Source: Cycas panzhihuaensis
Taxonomy: Eukaryota > Plantae > Cycadophyta
Length of the DNA stretch: 64,000 nt
NCBI GenBank assembly: GCA_023213395.1
Contig: CM041465.1
Span: 11,842,001-11,906,000, forward strand
Direction of reading: 5' to 3'
Both the position numbers and the translations under genes were made by a program. Shown here in pieces: positions 13,119 through 27,500 of this stretch (position 1 is its first letter; each line of letters opens with the position of its first letter). A model generated the notes under the pieces. The model saw nothing but the letters and a program-made list of their open reading frames with translations. It made no database searches and had not been told where the DNA came from.

Positions 13119-16100
13119 CATGTGCACGTGCACTCTAATTTACCTAAAATTTACAAGGATAAGTAAAAGCCCATTCTAGATAATTTTGTCATTGATAGCT
13201 CCTAACAAAATTCTATATTGAATTGCTAGAAATAGTAAATTTATGGTTTTTCATATTTTGCTAAAACTCCTTAACCATTACTTAGATTATCTCCAAAATT
13301 TACTTATAGATACATATCATCATATTGAATAAAATCCCCTCTCATAGTAGCTTACCAATTTTTATCCTAAGTGACTAATATTATCTTTTTAAGGGCCCAC
13401 ACTAAACTAAGAGGTCTACAAAACTATATATATGATTTTGGACCTTTTACAAAAATAAAATATTTTAAGAAAAAAAAATGTAAAACCAGTCGGACAAGTA
13501 GTTTAAAGACACCCATTAAGGCCCTAACCTCCTTATGAACCCATATTCATAAGATAATATTGAGCTGAGGTTTAGAAAAAAAATGACCCCCAAAATAAAC
13601 TCTAATTAGAGCATTGAACTTAATGATATAATTATCTCATTAAAAGAAATAGATATCAAGATTTAATATGTAAAACACATAGTAAATAATCTAACCCTTA
13701 AAGTATCTAATATGGCTACCTAATTGGAGAGTTTTTTCACTAATAAGGATAACCTAGTTAAAGAGAAACTTGATTTTGACAATACACATCAATAAGAATA
13801 TAATAATATATCATGGATGATGACCACTATGATAATAGATGGGGAAGGCTAACCTTCCTTCCAAAAGTAGAGCTTAATAAACTTAATGATACCAATGTTT
13901 AAACTTAGGTGTCATAAATAGAATAGTACTTTACCCTTTACTAAATTTTGAAAGATAAAAAGACATCAATAGTTTCTCTACACATGAAAACTGAACCATA
14001 CCAATGGTACCAGTGGGTGAAGAATAAGGTCAGTGGACTCAATTATGATTGGGGTTATTTTTCAAGGACCTTAATATATAATACAATAATATTTAGGATA
14101 ATAACGTTTTCATCCAACTCATAAAGATTTCAATGGTATAGTTTTAGAGTATGCATCTACATATCAATATCTCTCCATAAACTAAGTAAGGAACAAATGC
14201 ATAAACTATACATTGGTGGTTTCTAAGATGAAATAAAACATAAAATTTATCTCTTAAATCCTACATGAATTTCATAAGTTATAAGACTAACTTGGCATAT
14301 TAAAGTAAAAAATAAGGCATCTTGATAGTCCATGCAATGATATGTAGATAAAAGAATACCATCACATGCATCGTATGCTCTAGCTGTGTCACACTCACTA
14401 ACTTTTTGTTGAATGACCACCGAAGAAGTTAATGAAAAGAGTTTAAAAGGGTTATATATTAGATGTAACTAAAAATAGCACAAGGACCATTGATGCTCTA
14501 AAAAATAATTATTTATCATTGAGGACATATAAGATAAGGCACAAGAGGAAGAAAATATTTTAGAACAACCATATAAAAATCTTTCAAGATCTCTAAAATC
14601 ACCAATAGATGATGATGAATATATAATGACCATCTCAATCCACGCCTTAGATGGAATTGTACCTCCTCAAACCCTAAAAATCATTGGGTATATTGAGAAA
14701 TAATGAGTAGTTATCTTAATTGACTCAAGAAGCACCCATAATTTTATTAATAGGAAATTGGTTAAAGAGTTTAATTATTTCCCATATCTAGTAAAGATCT
14801 TCCAAGTCATGGTCACTAATGGGGGAACATTATCTTATGATAGGAAATGCCATAATATTAGGCTTGCCATGGGGAAGTATTAATTATCCACTTCAATATT
14901 TGTAATCCATATTAGGGGAGTCAATGTGGTTTTAGGAGTTTAATGGTTGAAAACACTTGGCACCATTCAACTTAGGCTGCAAGATTTATCTATTTGATTC
15001 AATTCAGAAGATGAAGAGTATCAACTTAATGGAATCACCTCACCCCCATCACAAATTATCAACTCACATATGATGAAGAAGTTAATACAAAAAGGAGAAA
15101 TAGGGCTAATTACAAGGTGATATATAATCATAGGTTAAGAGTCCCCAATTAAAGAAGATCCAACTTATAATAGTCACCTGCTACTAGAATTATAAGAAGT
15201 TCTACTTAACCATCCTTAGGTCTTTGAAGAAGGCCCTTATGAACTTCCACTATAATGAGAGTAGGACCATGTCATCGAGATTATCCACATAGCATATAAC
15301 CATATAAGTATTTACACTAATAAAAGAATGAAATTAAAAATTTGGTACATTAATTACTAGATGTAAGGGTCATCCAAGAGAGTAAAAGTACCTTCTCTAC
15401 CATAGTCATATTGATTAGAAAAAAAGATGGCCCATTTCAGATGTGTTTTGATTATAAGGAGTCAAACAAAATCACAATCAAAGATAAATTCCCTATATGA
15501 ATAATTGATAAATTACTAGATGAATTACATGATACAACTATATTCACATATTTGGATCTTTGATTAGGTTATTACCAAATCAAGGTCAAGATAGAAGACA
15601 TGCACAAAATAGCTTTTTGAACCCATGAAGGTCACTATGAGTTCTTGGTCATGCCCTTTGGACTCACCAATACACCCACCATATTCCAAGGACTTATGAA
15701 TAAAATCTTCCACACATATCTAAGAAAATTTATCTTGGACTTTTATGATGACATGCTCATATATAGTTAGATAGTTAAAGAGCATCTTTAACACATAGAC
15801 AAAGAATTGAAATTGTTAGAGGACAACAAATTGTATGTTAAAAAATCCAAATATAATTTTGGAAAAAATGAGTTAGAATACTTAGGGCACATCATCTATC
15901 AAGATGGAGTAAAGGTTGACCCAAAAAAGATTATCACAATATAAAATTAGCCTTAAACAAAAAATATTAAAGGTCTTAAAGGATTCTTGGAATTGATAGG
16001 AGACTATCAAAAGTTTGTTAAGAGGTATGCTAAGATAGAAACACCCTTAAATATATTTATTAAAGAAGGAATTATTTTAGTGGATAGAGATGGCGAGTGA

Positions 16101-16191
16101 AGCCTTTACAACATTAAAAGAAGCCATGACCACTACACCCATGTTAGCAATAACCAACTTTATAAAAAATATTTAATATTAAATTTGATGT

Positions 16192-19100
16192 TGATGGATT
16201 TAAATGCATCAAGGTCATTAGATTAATTATGTGAAGGTGAATTTAGGTTACCTAAGTCACATAGTTAAATATATTTTCATTTATATTTAAGTGTAATTTT
16301 AGGATTATGTCATTAGGTAGGAAACTCCTTTGGAAACCCTAATGCATATCCTCTGTTATATAAGGTTGAATATGAAAGGGAGAGTCAATTCTCACATATT
16401 ATTTTTATTTTCAATCTTGTTCTCTTTATTTTACTTTTATTATATGCCATTTCTTTATTGTAGTGGAGTGTGGCCACTAGATCCTTCACCCAACAACTAG
16501 TATTAAAGTCATTGTTAGCTATATTTTCCTACTAGGTTTGGATGGAACCATTAATACATCTCACTTATAATTTATATGAGGTTAAGAGCTTATTTAGGAA
16601 CTTTCTTTTGTATTGTATTATTTTATATGTTTCTACTTTTTTTATATGTGCAAAATTTTAGAAGTGAAAAATATAGAATTTTGAAGCTATTTTGTTGCAA
16701 GAACAACCCTAGAAGTATTGAAGGCCTAAAATTTTATGAAAAATTTGACCATATCAGATTTTGATAAAATTTGATATGTAGGGTCATCTTTCCAAGAGGA
16801 TTATTTTTTTATTCTAGAGTAGCTTTAGATTCATCCTACAATAATGACTTTTGGCTGAAACAAAATGTTAAAATTTATAGATGAGTGACTTAAGGTACTT
16901 TTCTCAATAAAATCCTTTAAACATGAGTTAAAAATCTGAAAGTTTTTTTAAGATATCTTGTAGATTTATATCCATAGATCATTTTAAGATAAGTGTCATT
17001 AAAATTCATCCACTAGTTAATGAAATCTTTGTAGTTTTCTGATGGATGCTAAATTTGCCTTCTCAACGCCATAAAAAAATGTTGTGAGGGCGTTTTGAAT
17101 TTTTTTATTGTTTTTCAAGATGATGTAGAAGGAAAAATTGATATACGTGTCAAGATAAAATTTTTAACATATTGAACTTTAGATTTTAAGACAATAAATC
17201 TGACAAGATTTCGCTTTTGTGGTTTTTAAAGGCAAAAATCTTGTATGCCTTTTCAAAAATCTGACTTTACTATCTTATCAAAAATGATAATTTGAACACT
17301 TTTTCCTTCTGTCATAAATTAAAGTTCTATCATTTAGGCCTCCATATTTGTAGTTTTTCGAAAAAATTACCCATTTCTTATTATTTATAAATTTTGTGAA
17401 AAAATCATAAAATAAGGAAAAATAACATGCATTTAGATTTATAAAAATTAATATTTTAATAGCAAGTTGATCTACTTTTTGGCCCTTTATGGTTTTTGTA
17501 TTGAAATTTCTAAAAATATATTTAGAAACGTTGTATCAAAGCAAGGGAAACCTTGGATCAGAAGCAACATCTGGTTCCCTTGTTAAATCTAGCATGCTCT
17601 TTCTATTTGCATACATAGCATAAAGTGACACATAAATAAAAAACAACAACAACAAAGTAAGCATAGAAGGTAAGAAATCCCATTTGGCATCTTTTTATTT
17701 CAGTTTTCATTTATTCATAAATAACTTACATTATTTCTTAAAAGGAATCTCATTTGTACGACTTATACTGCCAATTCTTGACTTGTGTGCACACTTGCCT
17801 TGGTTGAAATAGACCACAGTTGGCCGAAGTTTGGGCCTTATGAGAAGTATGAGTTTCATACTAGGTCTAGTCTTAACCAGAATAGTGGTGGAAGGACAGA
17901 TTAGCCATATCTACAGCCTCCAATCTGGGATAGTCCTGATAACCGCCCAGGAAAACTAAAAACTTTAATTAAGATTAAAATATACCCAGTCCAATATTCA
18001 TCATAGTTGTGGGATATATACGTACTATTTGACTCTTCAGAGGAGGTATATAGCTGCTCACTAGTGAACTGGGCAAGGATTGGGAGTAGTTGGGATCCAC
18101 TGTAACTTGGATTTCACCACTAAATGTAGGTGTACATATTGTAGGTGAAGGCCCTAATACGTATATTAGAAGCCTCTTTAGGCATCAACACCTCAACTAC
18201 TTTGGACTAGAGATAGAGGTTTGGGCTTAATTATACATCCTACATCAGGCTTATTTTTCTTAGTTGTATATACCTACACGCCAACTTCTACATAAGCATA
18301 ATCTTGATTTGATTATTTATCCTTATGATCCTTATATTGCTATTTGTACATATCATCAAACCCTACTACATTAGGAGTATTTGCCATAAGTGTTGGTGGC
18401 CTATTGTCATTTCATGTAACTTAATCATATTTCTCCCTGTTGCATCAGGTGTACTAGCTAAACGTGTTAGTGGTATATACTTCTATCATCTCTTCTACTT
18501 CTTCATCATCACCATGTCATCTCAATTCAAGTAGAATGTCAACTGTATATTGAAAAGAAAACACAATTAGGATCTATCATACATTGGAGTTAAAAATACT
18601 ACAAAGTATAAAGGCCTTTGGAGATCCTACTTACAACTTACACTCATCATACCTATAGTAGTTATAACACTTACATCTGGTGGAACCGCTCCAATGGCTC
18701 CTACAGATGCTGCAACCAAAGTACAATGGGAGATAGATAATGAAACTATTCATGTAAGAATTCTATTGGTTACTGATCACTCCTTAGGTAACTTGATTAA
18801 TGAAGAGCAACATAATATAGACTGGAAGGTCCTTGAAGTTCTTAAGAAGAACTTTGATACCAAGTTGGACTTAGAATTTGATCATCTTGTTCTAAAAATG
18901 AACAAATTAAAAATGTAGAAGGGATGAGCTCGTGAGATAATAAATCTCCTTCAACCAATAATATAAGCAATAGACAAAGATTTTAAGACCTAATGCATCA
19001 CTTGGGCATTCTTGATCTAATCATATCTACATGTCTCTAATTATAAAAACTTGCTTGGAAGTCTTCAATCTAGTGGAACATTGAAGACACTTAACTTTAA

Positions 19101-22100
19101 AGTACTTACTGAGAAGCTTATAGAATTTAATAAGATCTTTGATACCAACTTTATAGCCTTTGACTCTATTCTAGATGTAGCCTTTGAGGTGGATGAAAAA
19201 GCTTAGTATACAAAGAATCAAGGTCCCTCTCATGGTAGAGAAAATAACTGAGCAAGAGGAAGAGGAAGAAACATGGGAAATCAGCCACAAGGTCAATAGA
19301 ACCCTCAATAACAGTAGCCTAGATAGTCTTAAGGCTAAGTGCCACCTTTTAATACAAGATAGTTAGGCCAAATTAGTACTTTAAGAATTGGAAACCAGAT
19401 TATTATGTGTAAAAGGTACAATAGAAAATGACACCTTGCAAAGGATTATCATGTACCTACATATAAATTGCCTAAGTTTTAATAGAAATGCAAGGCTCAC
19501 AATGTTGATGAAACATGTGAAGAATAATTTGGTGGTGCAAGTTTTGCTCAAGTACATATTCAAAGACTTGAGGGAAAAACCATTGATCAAACTAAGAGGT
19601 ATTTTGAAGCTCATTATGACTATGCCACTTGTGATCTTAAATCAATAATGTAAACCTATCTAGGAGTTACAAATAACATAATTTCAAATGCCTCCTCATG
19701 GATCATGGATACAAAAGCAACATAGCATATAACCTGTAATCAGGATCTATATCAAACTTTTGATTCTAATACATATGGTGTCATTCACATGGTTGATAAA
19801 TCCTAACAATTGGTTGAAGGAATTAGAAACATATATATGAAACTCCCAGGCTTAAGAGATTTTATATTACTTGATATCTTGTATATTTCTAATCTGAAAT
19901 AAAACTTACTCTCCTTATCCACTCTTATCTCCTTTGAATTTGATCTTATTGTTACTACAAATGATCAAACTCTCCAAGTCATTCACCCTCTAACAAATTG
20001 AGTGGCCTTGATTGGAAAGCTTACTGGAAAATTATTTACGTTGAATGACTTCCCATCTTTTAAAGCCAATTGCTCAAAGCCCTTGTGCTGATGAAGACTT
20101 TGCTTTTAATACTAGTTGACACACCCTAAGCTATCCTTAGGAGCTCTTTGGCATGCTCGCATAGGCCATGTTTATATCAATCAACTTAGAGATCTTTGTC
20201 ATACCCTTCCAAGTCTGCCCAAGTTCTCCTCTAAGCCCTTTGAATATGAAGCATGTATCATAACCAAATCTTGTAGATAGCCCTTTGTTGATAGTTAGTG
20301 GAAATTGAGTCATCTTCTTCAATTGGTACACTCTGATCTATGTGGACCAATACCCATTCCATCATTGAAGTAGAAATTATATTACATATTCTTCATTGAT
20401 GATTTTACTAGGAAAGTGTAGGTGGCTTTTTTGACTAAGAAAGATGAGACATTTGGTGTCTTTAAAGCTTTTAAAGCTTGTATTGAAAAGGAGTCAGTTT
20501 ATCAGATTAAGTATCTTTGAACAGATAATGATGGAGAATATACCTTTACTAAGTTTGAAACCTATCTACAAGATAATGATATCAAGCATCATACTATAAT
20601 AGTAAGTACCCCCAAGAATAAAGTTGTCGAGTGCATGAACATGTCTATTATGAATATGGCTTGAGCTATGTTGGTTTATAAAAATGTACCTACTTACTTA
20701 TGGGTAAATGTAATTTGGACAAATGTTTATTATATGAATGCTATCATCCCATCTAAAGGAGGAACTTCTCCTAATGAGAAATGAATTGGATAGCTCCCCA
20801 CTGCCTACCACTTCAAAATATTTTGCTTAATATATTATACCTATATATTGGATGGAGATAGAAATAAACTCTAGCCTAGGGAACTTAAAGGCATCTTTGT
20901 TGGATACCTTATAGACAAGAAAGGGTACAAGGTTTTTATACCTTTACAATAGAAGATTAATGTTATTAGAGATGTGGCATTTGTTGAAACAAAGGATCAA
21001 TTATTACAATTGGACTCTAAAATATTGAATCGCTATTATTATGATGTTATTCAATATGATATACATACTCTAAAATTTAGGGAGGGGGTAGGGAGACACT
21101 CAAGAGTTACTCAAACTATTATAATATGACAATAGATCCATGAAGGATAGTAGCTATGACTCTAATCTAATGAGTGCATATCATGCACCACCATTTGAGA
21201 ACAACAGAGTTGACAAAGGTAAAACAGTGGTAGATGGACCATGCTCCCTAGATGCGTCAACATCCTCCTCAAAAAATATATAAAATGATCCATTTCAGGA
21301 TCTAAATGAAGATCATATAGTTAGAGAAATAAAGACCTCATTCCCAACTCGAGGTTCTTGTGAAGCTCACTAGCTAAATAAGGATATACAACATGAAGAT
21401 GTAGGCAAATTTGACACTTGAAGTACCTATAGAGCCAAGATGAAGGAATTACTTTTCATTGAGTTAGAATTAACAGAACTACATATTGCTCTCAATGAAG
21501 AGCCTCTCTCATACCAAGAAGCTATAAAACACATAGCTTGGAGGAATGTCATGAATTAAGAGCATTAATCTCTTATAAAAAATGGTACATTGGAGCTCAT
21601 CGACTTACCACTTGGAAGAAAGGTAGTTTGAAATAAATGGATGTATAAAAATAAATACATATCTGATGTCACCCTTGAAAAATATAAGGCAAGGTTGGTA
21701 ACAAAGGGATTCATATAAAAGGAATATATCAAATACACTGAAGTATTTGCACCTATAACGAAGTGGGCCACAATTAGAACTCTTGTGGCATTGGCAGCTC
21801 AACAGGGTTGAAAGATTCACCAACTCAATGTAAAAATCACATTTCTTAATGGTGATCTTAAAGAAGAAATCTATATAACTTAGCCTGAAGGATTTGAGAT
21901 TGTTGGTCTAGAGCATAAGGTGTACAGACTCAAAAAGTCCTTGTATAACCTTAAACAAGTCCCTCATGATTGGTTCACCAAGTTGTAAAAAAGAATGAGA
22001 TAACTTAGATATGAGGTTTGTGACTACAAGGATATTAATGCAACACTATTTATCAAATGTCAAAAAGATAAAGTCACTTATCTCTTAATCTTTGTGGATG

Positions 22101-23780
22101 ATATGCTTATAATAGAGAATAATGAATAAGCAATCAACCAACTAAAGAAGGACTTAGCTAAAATGTTCAAATTGTCTGACCTTGGGTTGATGAAATACTA
22201 CTTGGGGATTGAAGTCAATCAGAAAGATGAAAAAATCTTTCTTTCTCAAGAAAAGTACATCAATGATCTTCTAATAAAGTTTCAGTTGGAAGATGCTCAA
22301 ACTATAGCTACTCCAATGGAACCCAATGTAAAATTGATAGGTGATGGCGATGATCGAGAGGTAGGTATAACACTGTACATGCAACTTGTAGGTAGTCTCA
22401 TCTATACTACTAATAAAAGATCTAATATTGTACACTCTCTTGGCATTCTTGCTCATTACATAATAAATCCTAAAAAGAATCACTAGTAGGTAGCAGTGTG
22501 AGTATTGAGGTACCTTAAGACGACCAATAAATATGGTTTGCTATATGAATCTAATTCAAAGTTTAAATTATATATATATACAGACTTAGACTTTTCTGGA
22601 GATAAAGACACAGGGAGATCCACATTTAGGTATGTAACATTATTTAAAATAACACCAATATCATAGAGATCTAGATGGTAGAAGATAATTACTGATTCAA
22701 CTACTAAAGCTAAATATATTACTACTTCTAAGACCAGTAAGGAGGTGATATGGCTTAGGACATTATTAGAAATATTGAATATCACCCAAACAAGTCCTAC
22801 TAGCCTTCATGTGAATAATCAATCAATAATCCACATGGCAAAAAATATTGTATTTCATGATCATACCAGACATATAAGTATGAAAGTCCATAGGATTCAA
22901 GAACTAGTTTATTATGGTATAATTTAATTAGAGTACTATCCCATAGCAGATTAAGTGGTTGATATCTTTACCAAACTACTATAAAGGGTGAAGTTTGAAT
23001 AGTTTTGTAGGTAGCTTAGCCTTTACGCCTCAATCTCTGACTAATTAGAGGAGATGACAACAGGATCATCATACTCTATTCCATTTGTGAAAATCCCTTG
23101 TGGGTGCAAAAGAATAAGAGTAAGTCTCTACTCTATCCTATTTGTGAAAACCTTTTATGGGCATAGAAGGATAAGGGTTGTACTAGTCTTAGAAAATCAA
23201 AACCTGTGAAAACCTAAAAGGGCACAGGGGATGACCAAATGGTATATGGAGACTCAATAGATCAAGATACACATTTAAGCTACTTGGCTATTAGGATACA
23301 TCAAGAGCCACCTTAGTCATTTTGATTTAAGGGGCTATATATCTTAGAAAGTTCGTGGGTTTTTATTTACCATGAGAGTTTTCCCATAAAAGTGTGAATG
23401 TAATAAGAAGGCTTAAATGAAGACCTCATAGAATAAATTTTATCATTATGACCTTTTACCATTAAGGGAAGGATTAATGAATGTTAATATATCAAGGTCA
23501 TTAGATTAATTATATAAAGATGACTTTAGATTAGCTAAATCACATAGTTAAATGTAATTTCATTTACATTTAAGCGTAATTTTGGAATCATGTCATTAAG
23601 TGAGAAACTCCTTTAGAAACCCTATTGTACATGCTCTATTATATAAGGTTGAATGTGAAAGGGAGAATCATAATTCTCACCTCTCATTTTTACTCTCAAT
23701 CTTGTTCTCTTTATTTTACTCTTATTATATACTATTACTTTAGTGTAGTGAAATATAGTGACTAGATCCTTCACCTAATA
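16192..23780 (+). mobile_element. Ty1/Copia element D with ~2-kb leader, decayed
   Basis: LTRs 16192-16495 and 23475-23780; TSD GATGT (16187-16191 and 23781-23785); degenerate PBS tagtattaaagtc at 16498; PPT attaagggaaggat; gag-pol remnants at ~18520-23040 (DLGLMKYYLGIEV, VGSLIY, VFHDHTRHI). Splits the RNase H (..DASG motif) of B. Confidence 0.92.
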
Positions 23781-24503
23781 GATGTCTCAAGACATAGGTC
23801 GAGAGTAATATTCATATAAGAAGTACAACCACTAGCTTTTGAGATTCGAAAGCTATAACTAAGGGACTTGGGTAAGTCCACCTATAAAAAGGAAATGATG
23901 GTAATATTACATACAATTAGGAAATGATGTCAATATGTTCTTAGAGCATACTTTAAGATAAAAATTGACCATAATAGTCTAAAATACCTCTTGGACCAAA
24001 GTGTATCCTATGAGGTGTAGTAGAAATGGGTATATAAAATGTAAAGGTTTAACTTTAAAATCATTTATAAAAAGGTGAAGGAGAATGTCATAGTTGATAC
24101 TCTTTCTAGAAAAGAAGAGGAACTCACATTATATACTATCACATGTATTCATCCTTCTTGGATTCATGAAGAATGGAAGTAACTATTATAAGAAGATTAA
24201 ACATGGGAAGGTGAGCATATTATCCAAGAATATCCATAATTAATTAAGCTTTGAGGGCAAAACTTTTTTAAGGGAGGAATTTGTTATGTACCTAACCCCT
24301 TTCAATATATTTACCTTCCTCTGTTCTCTTTAATGTATCTTCTTTTTCTTCTTCTTCTTCTTCTTTTTCTTTTCCTTCTTTCTCTTTACTAGTCTTTTAT
24401 TATATTTATCCCATATGCATGATTCGAGAGGGATGAATGGCCTTAATAGCCTTACATATATGTACACTCCACTCTTATAAGAGATACTTTTGAGCATTGA
24501 GAT

Positions 24504-27500
24504 TATTAATGTGGCAGTTAATTATTAAGCCACTTAGTTAATGTTAATGTGGTTTAATTAAGTGCAAAGGTGTGAAGCCAAAAAGGTGTGACTTATTCAG
24601 AAGGTCACAACCTTAATTAGGTAACACCTCTTGGGAGAGTATAAATGCTTTGAGGCCATTAAATAATCAAGTGATCCATTAAGGATCCTTTTGTGATGGA
24701 GTTTTTCCCGAAAGGGTTTTCTCACGTAAATCTTGTGTACACTGCATCTATTTTCTGTATGTATATTTGTTTGTTTGCTGTGTATGGTAAAAGATTCTAT
24801 GGTTGGAAATATTTGTATATGATTTCATGTTCTTAAATATGGTATAAGAGTCATAGGGTCCTACACAACTAAAGTTTGATGTTGAGTAGAGTAGTGTGAT
24901 CATTGGTTATCAAGTAATTCTGTCTAACCTAAGACAAGTCTTGAGGGTCCATTAACCCTAACAACGTGTAAAAGTTGGCATAGTATATCGATGGTGGCTA
25001 AAGCAGTGAAGATCACTATTCAACAGAGAATAAGGGTTCTTAAGAGTCAATATTCAGCCATGAAGACCATGTTTGTAACTGGAGTTGGCTCATTGGGTGT
25101 CATCCAAAGTTGGTTGAAGAATTGTTGCAGTAATTTAAGCCAACAGAGCATGTGTTGATGGTGATTAAGAGACTATAAGGCCATCCAACCTTGTACATAA
25201 GTAAGCTGGTCATTTTTTCACCAAAAACACTATAAAATTCAAAAAGGAGGAAGATTTTTTCTAGTGTCATCTTCATTCAATCTATATAAGGGAGAGATTG
25301 GAGCCTTCTTGAGTCATTTTCAACACTCTATATTGAGATTTGATGAAGCACATAGTAGTATAAAGCATTGTCCACTATATTTTTGAGTTGTAGTACTTTT
25401 GTAAGTGGGAGTATGACCTCTTATCTCCATTGAATACACCTTGTCAAGCCCACATCTATGTATTGAGAGATAGCTGGGCTATTTGTATGCTATTTTAAAG
25501 ACTTATGTGATTTAAATAAGCACTATATAACTATTTTCAGGCAGTCTAAGAGTGTAGTGTATTAGCTGGGCATGATCTGGAGGCTATTGGATGAAGTTGG
25601 GATTGTTTACCTACCATATTTATGTCTTTCTCTCTCTCTAAAGACTGGTTGGGTGTGTTTTAGAGGTGGCTAGATAGCATTTAGGCTGCTTGCTAGCCAT
25701 ACATAGTGGGTGTAAGCCTCTATCTCTGTGTGCTAGCCTATGTAGTATACATAGGCCAATTTAGTATTACGACAGTCACATATTATGGTATCGCGTAAAT
25801 GCAACTTTTGATTTCACTTTTGAATGGTTTTTACTAAGGTTTGATACTTAGTAAATCATAATATCTTTTATGCCTTTCATTTTAATCATGTGGGTTAATT
25901 GATAAGGCGCAGTGTATTTGAAAAGTCACAACTCTAAGAATACACCTTTTGGTATATTCTCCTCAATGACAAAATATAAAAAAGGATACCCTTAGACCTT
26001 TGATACATTATATTTTACCTATTGTAAGTTTATTTAGAGTGTTCTTGGTCTGTTTTGAGCATAGATCGAGGAGATCTTTTGTGATTTAAATTTAGAGACC
26101 ATGCACTATAGTCGTATAGAGTTGTCCTTTATTCTTGGAGCATTGGTTTAAGCACCTTAAGAGTCATTTTTGACACCTTTTTAGGGTATTTTAAGGCTGT
26201 TTATTGACGGTTGATGAGGCATAAACAGTCGGTGATTCATTTAACGTGGGTATAGTAAGTGTTGGGTGCCATTGGAAGCATGATTGTGAGTTAGAGGAGG
26301 ACACATGGGTGCAATTTTATCCTACAAGCATTCGTTCTCATATTGATTGTTTCATATTGAAGCTCATTTCTCGAAGATAGAGTGCATTATGCCTAAAGTT
26401 ATCTTTAATGATAATAATTTTAGTGAGTGGAAGGCCAATATAGAACTTATTCTGATGGTGAATTAATTCTAGGGAATCACCAAGATAAAAGTGGACGCGA
26501 TTCCATTAGATCATAATGAGTGAATTCATCTCAAAGAGGAGCAATTTATGGCCATAGGACTATTAAAACTATTACTAGCGCCAGACCAGAGAGTGTTGGT
26601 TCATAATTTAGATGAATTGGTTGAGATATGGAAAAAATTGTGTGATACATTTAAAAAGAAGTAGATGAATAGATGTCTTATACTAATGTTGGAATTACTC
26701 AACCCCCGTATGGAGGATGAGAACAACATTGGCTCTTACCTTAGCAAGATTACAGACTTGAAGAATAAGCTAGAGGAACTGAAGCCAAACTCAATCAATG
26801 ATGCATTGTTATTCACAATAATCATGTCAAAATTGCCAGCTGCCTTTTCCACATTCCAGACCATTTATGGTAGAGATGAAGTGATGGAAGCAGAGACAAT
26901 TAACGAGCTTAAAAACCTGATTCTAGCAAAGGATGCCAAGCTTAAATATCACCGTATGCTTAGAGGTTCTGGTTCAAGTTAGGCCTTACCTATGAAAACT
27001 CAGAGGAAGGAGGCCACTAAGGAGGAGAAGATCACATAGAGGTCAGGAGAAAGTTCTCAAGACAAAAAGAAGTTCAATGGGAAATATAATTACTATAAGA
27101 AGGATAGTCATCACGAGAAGAACTATTGGTTTAAGCATCGTGATAAGCACAAAGTCAACTAGGATGATAAAGGAAAGAACGTTGTTGCTCACTATGTTTA
27201 AGAAAAAGCCTTATCAACTGAATCAGATTAGAGAGATTATTAGATGCTTGACTCTGGATCACAAAAGAATATTTCTTACTAGAGGCAGAACTTTAATACA
27301 ACAACTTTAAATCAGAGTGGTGTTGAGATGCTCACATCTTACCAATAAAAGGTATTAGTAAAGTTTCCATTGCAGGAGGTAAATTTACCAGGGTGTATTA
27401 TGTACCAAAGATATAGTTAAACCTTCTTTTAGCCTAGGAGATATACAAACAAGGTATGAAGGTGGACCTCTATGATGATAAATGCCTGATTAAAGATCCA

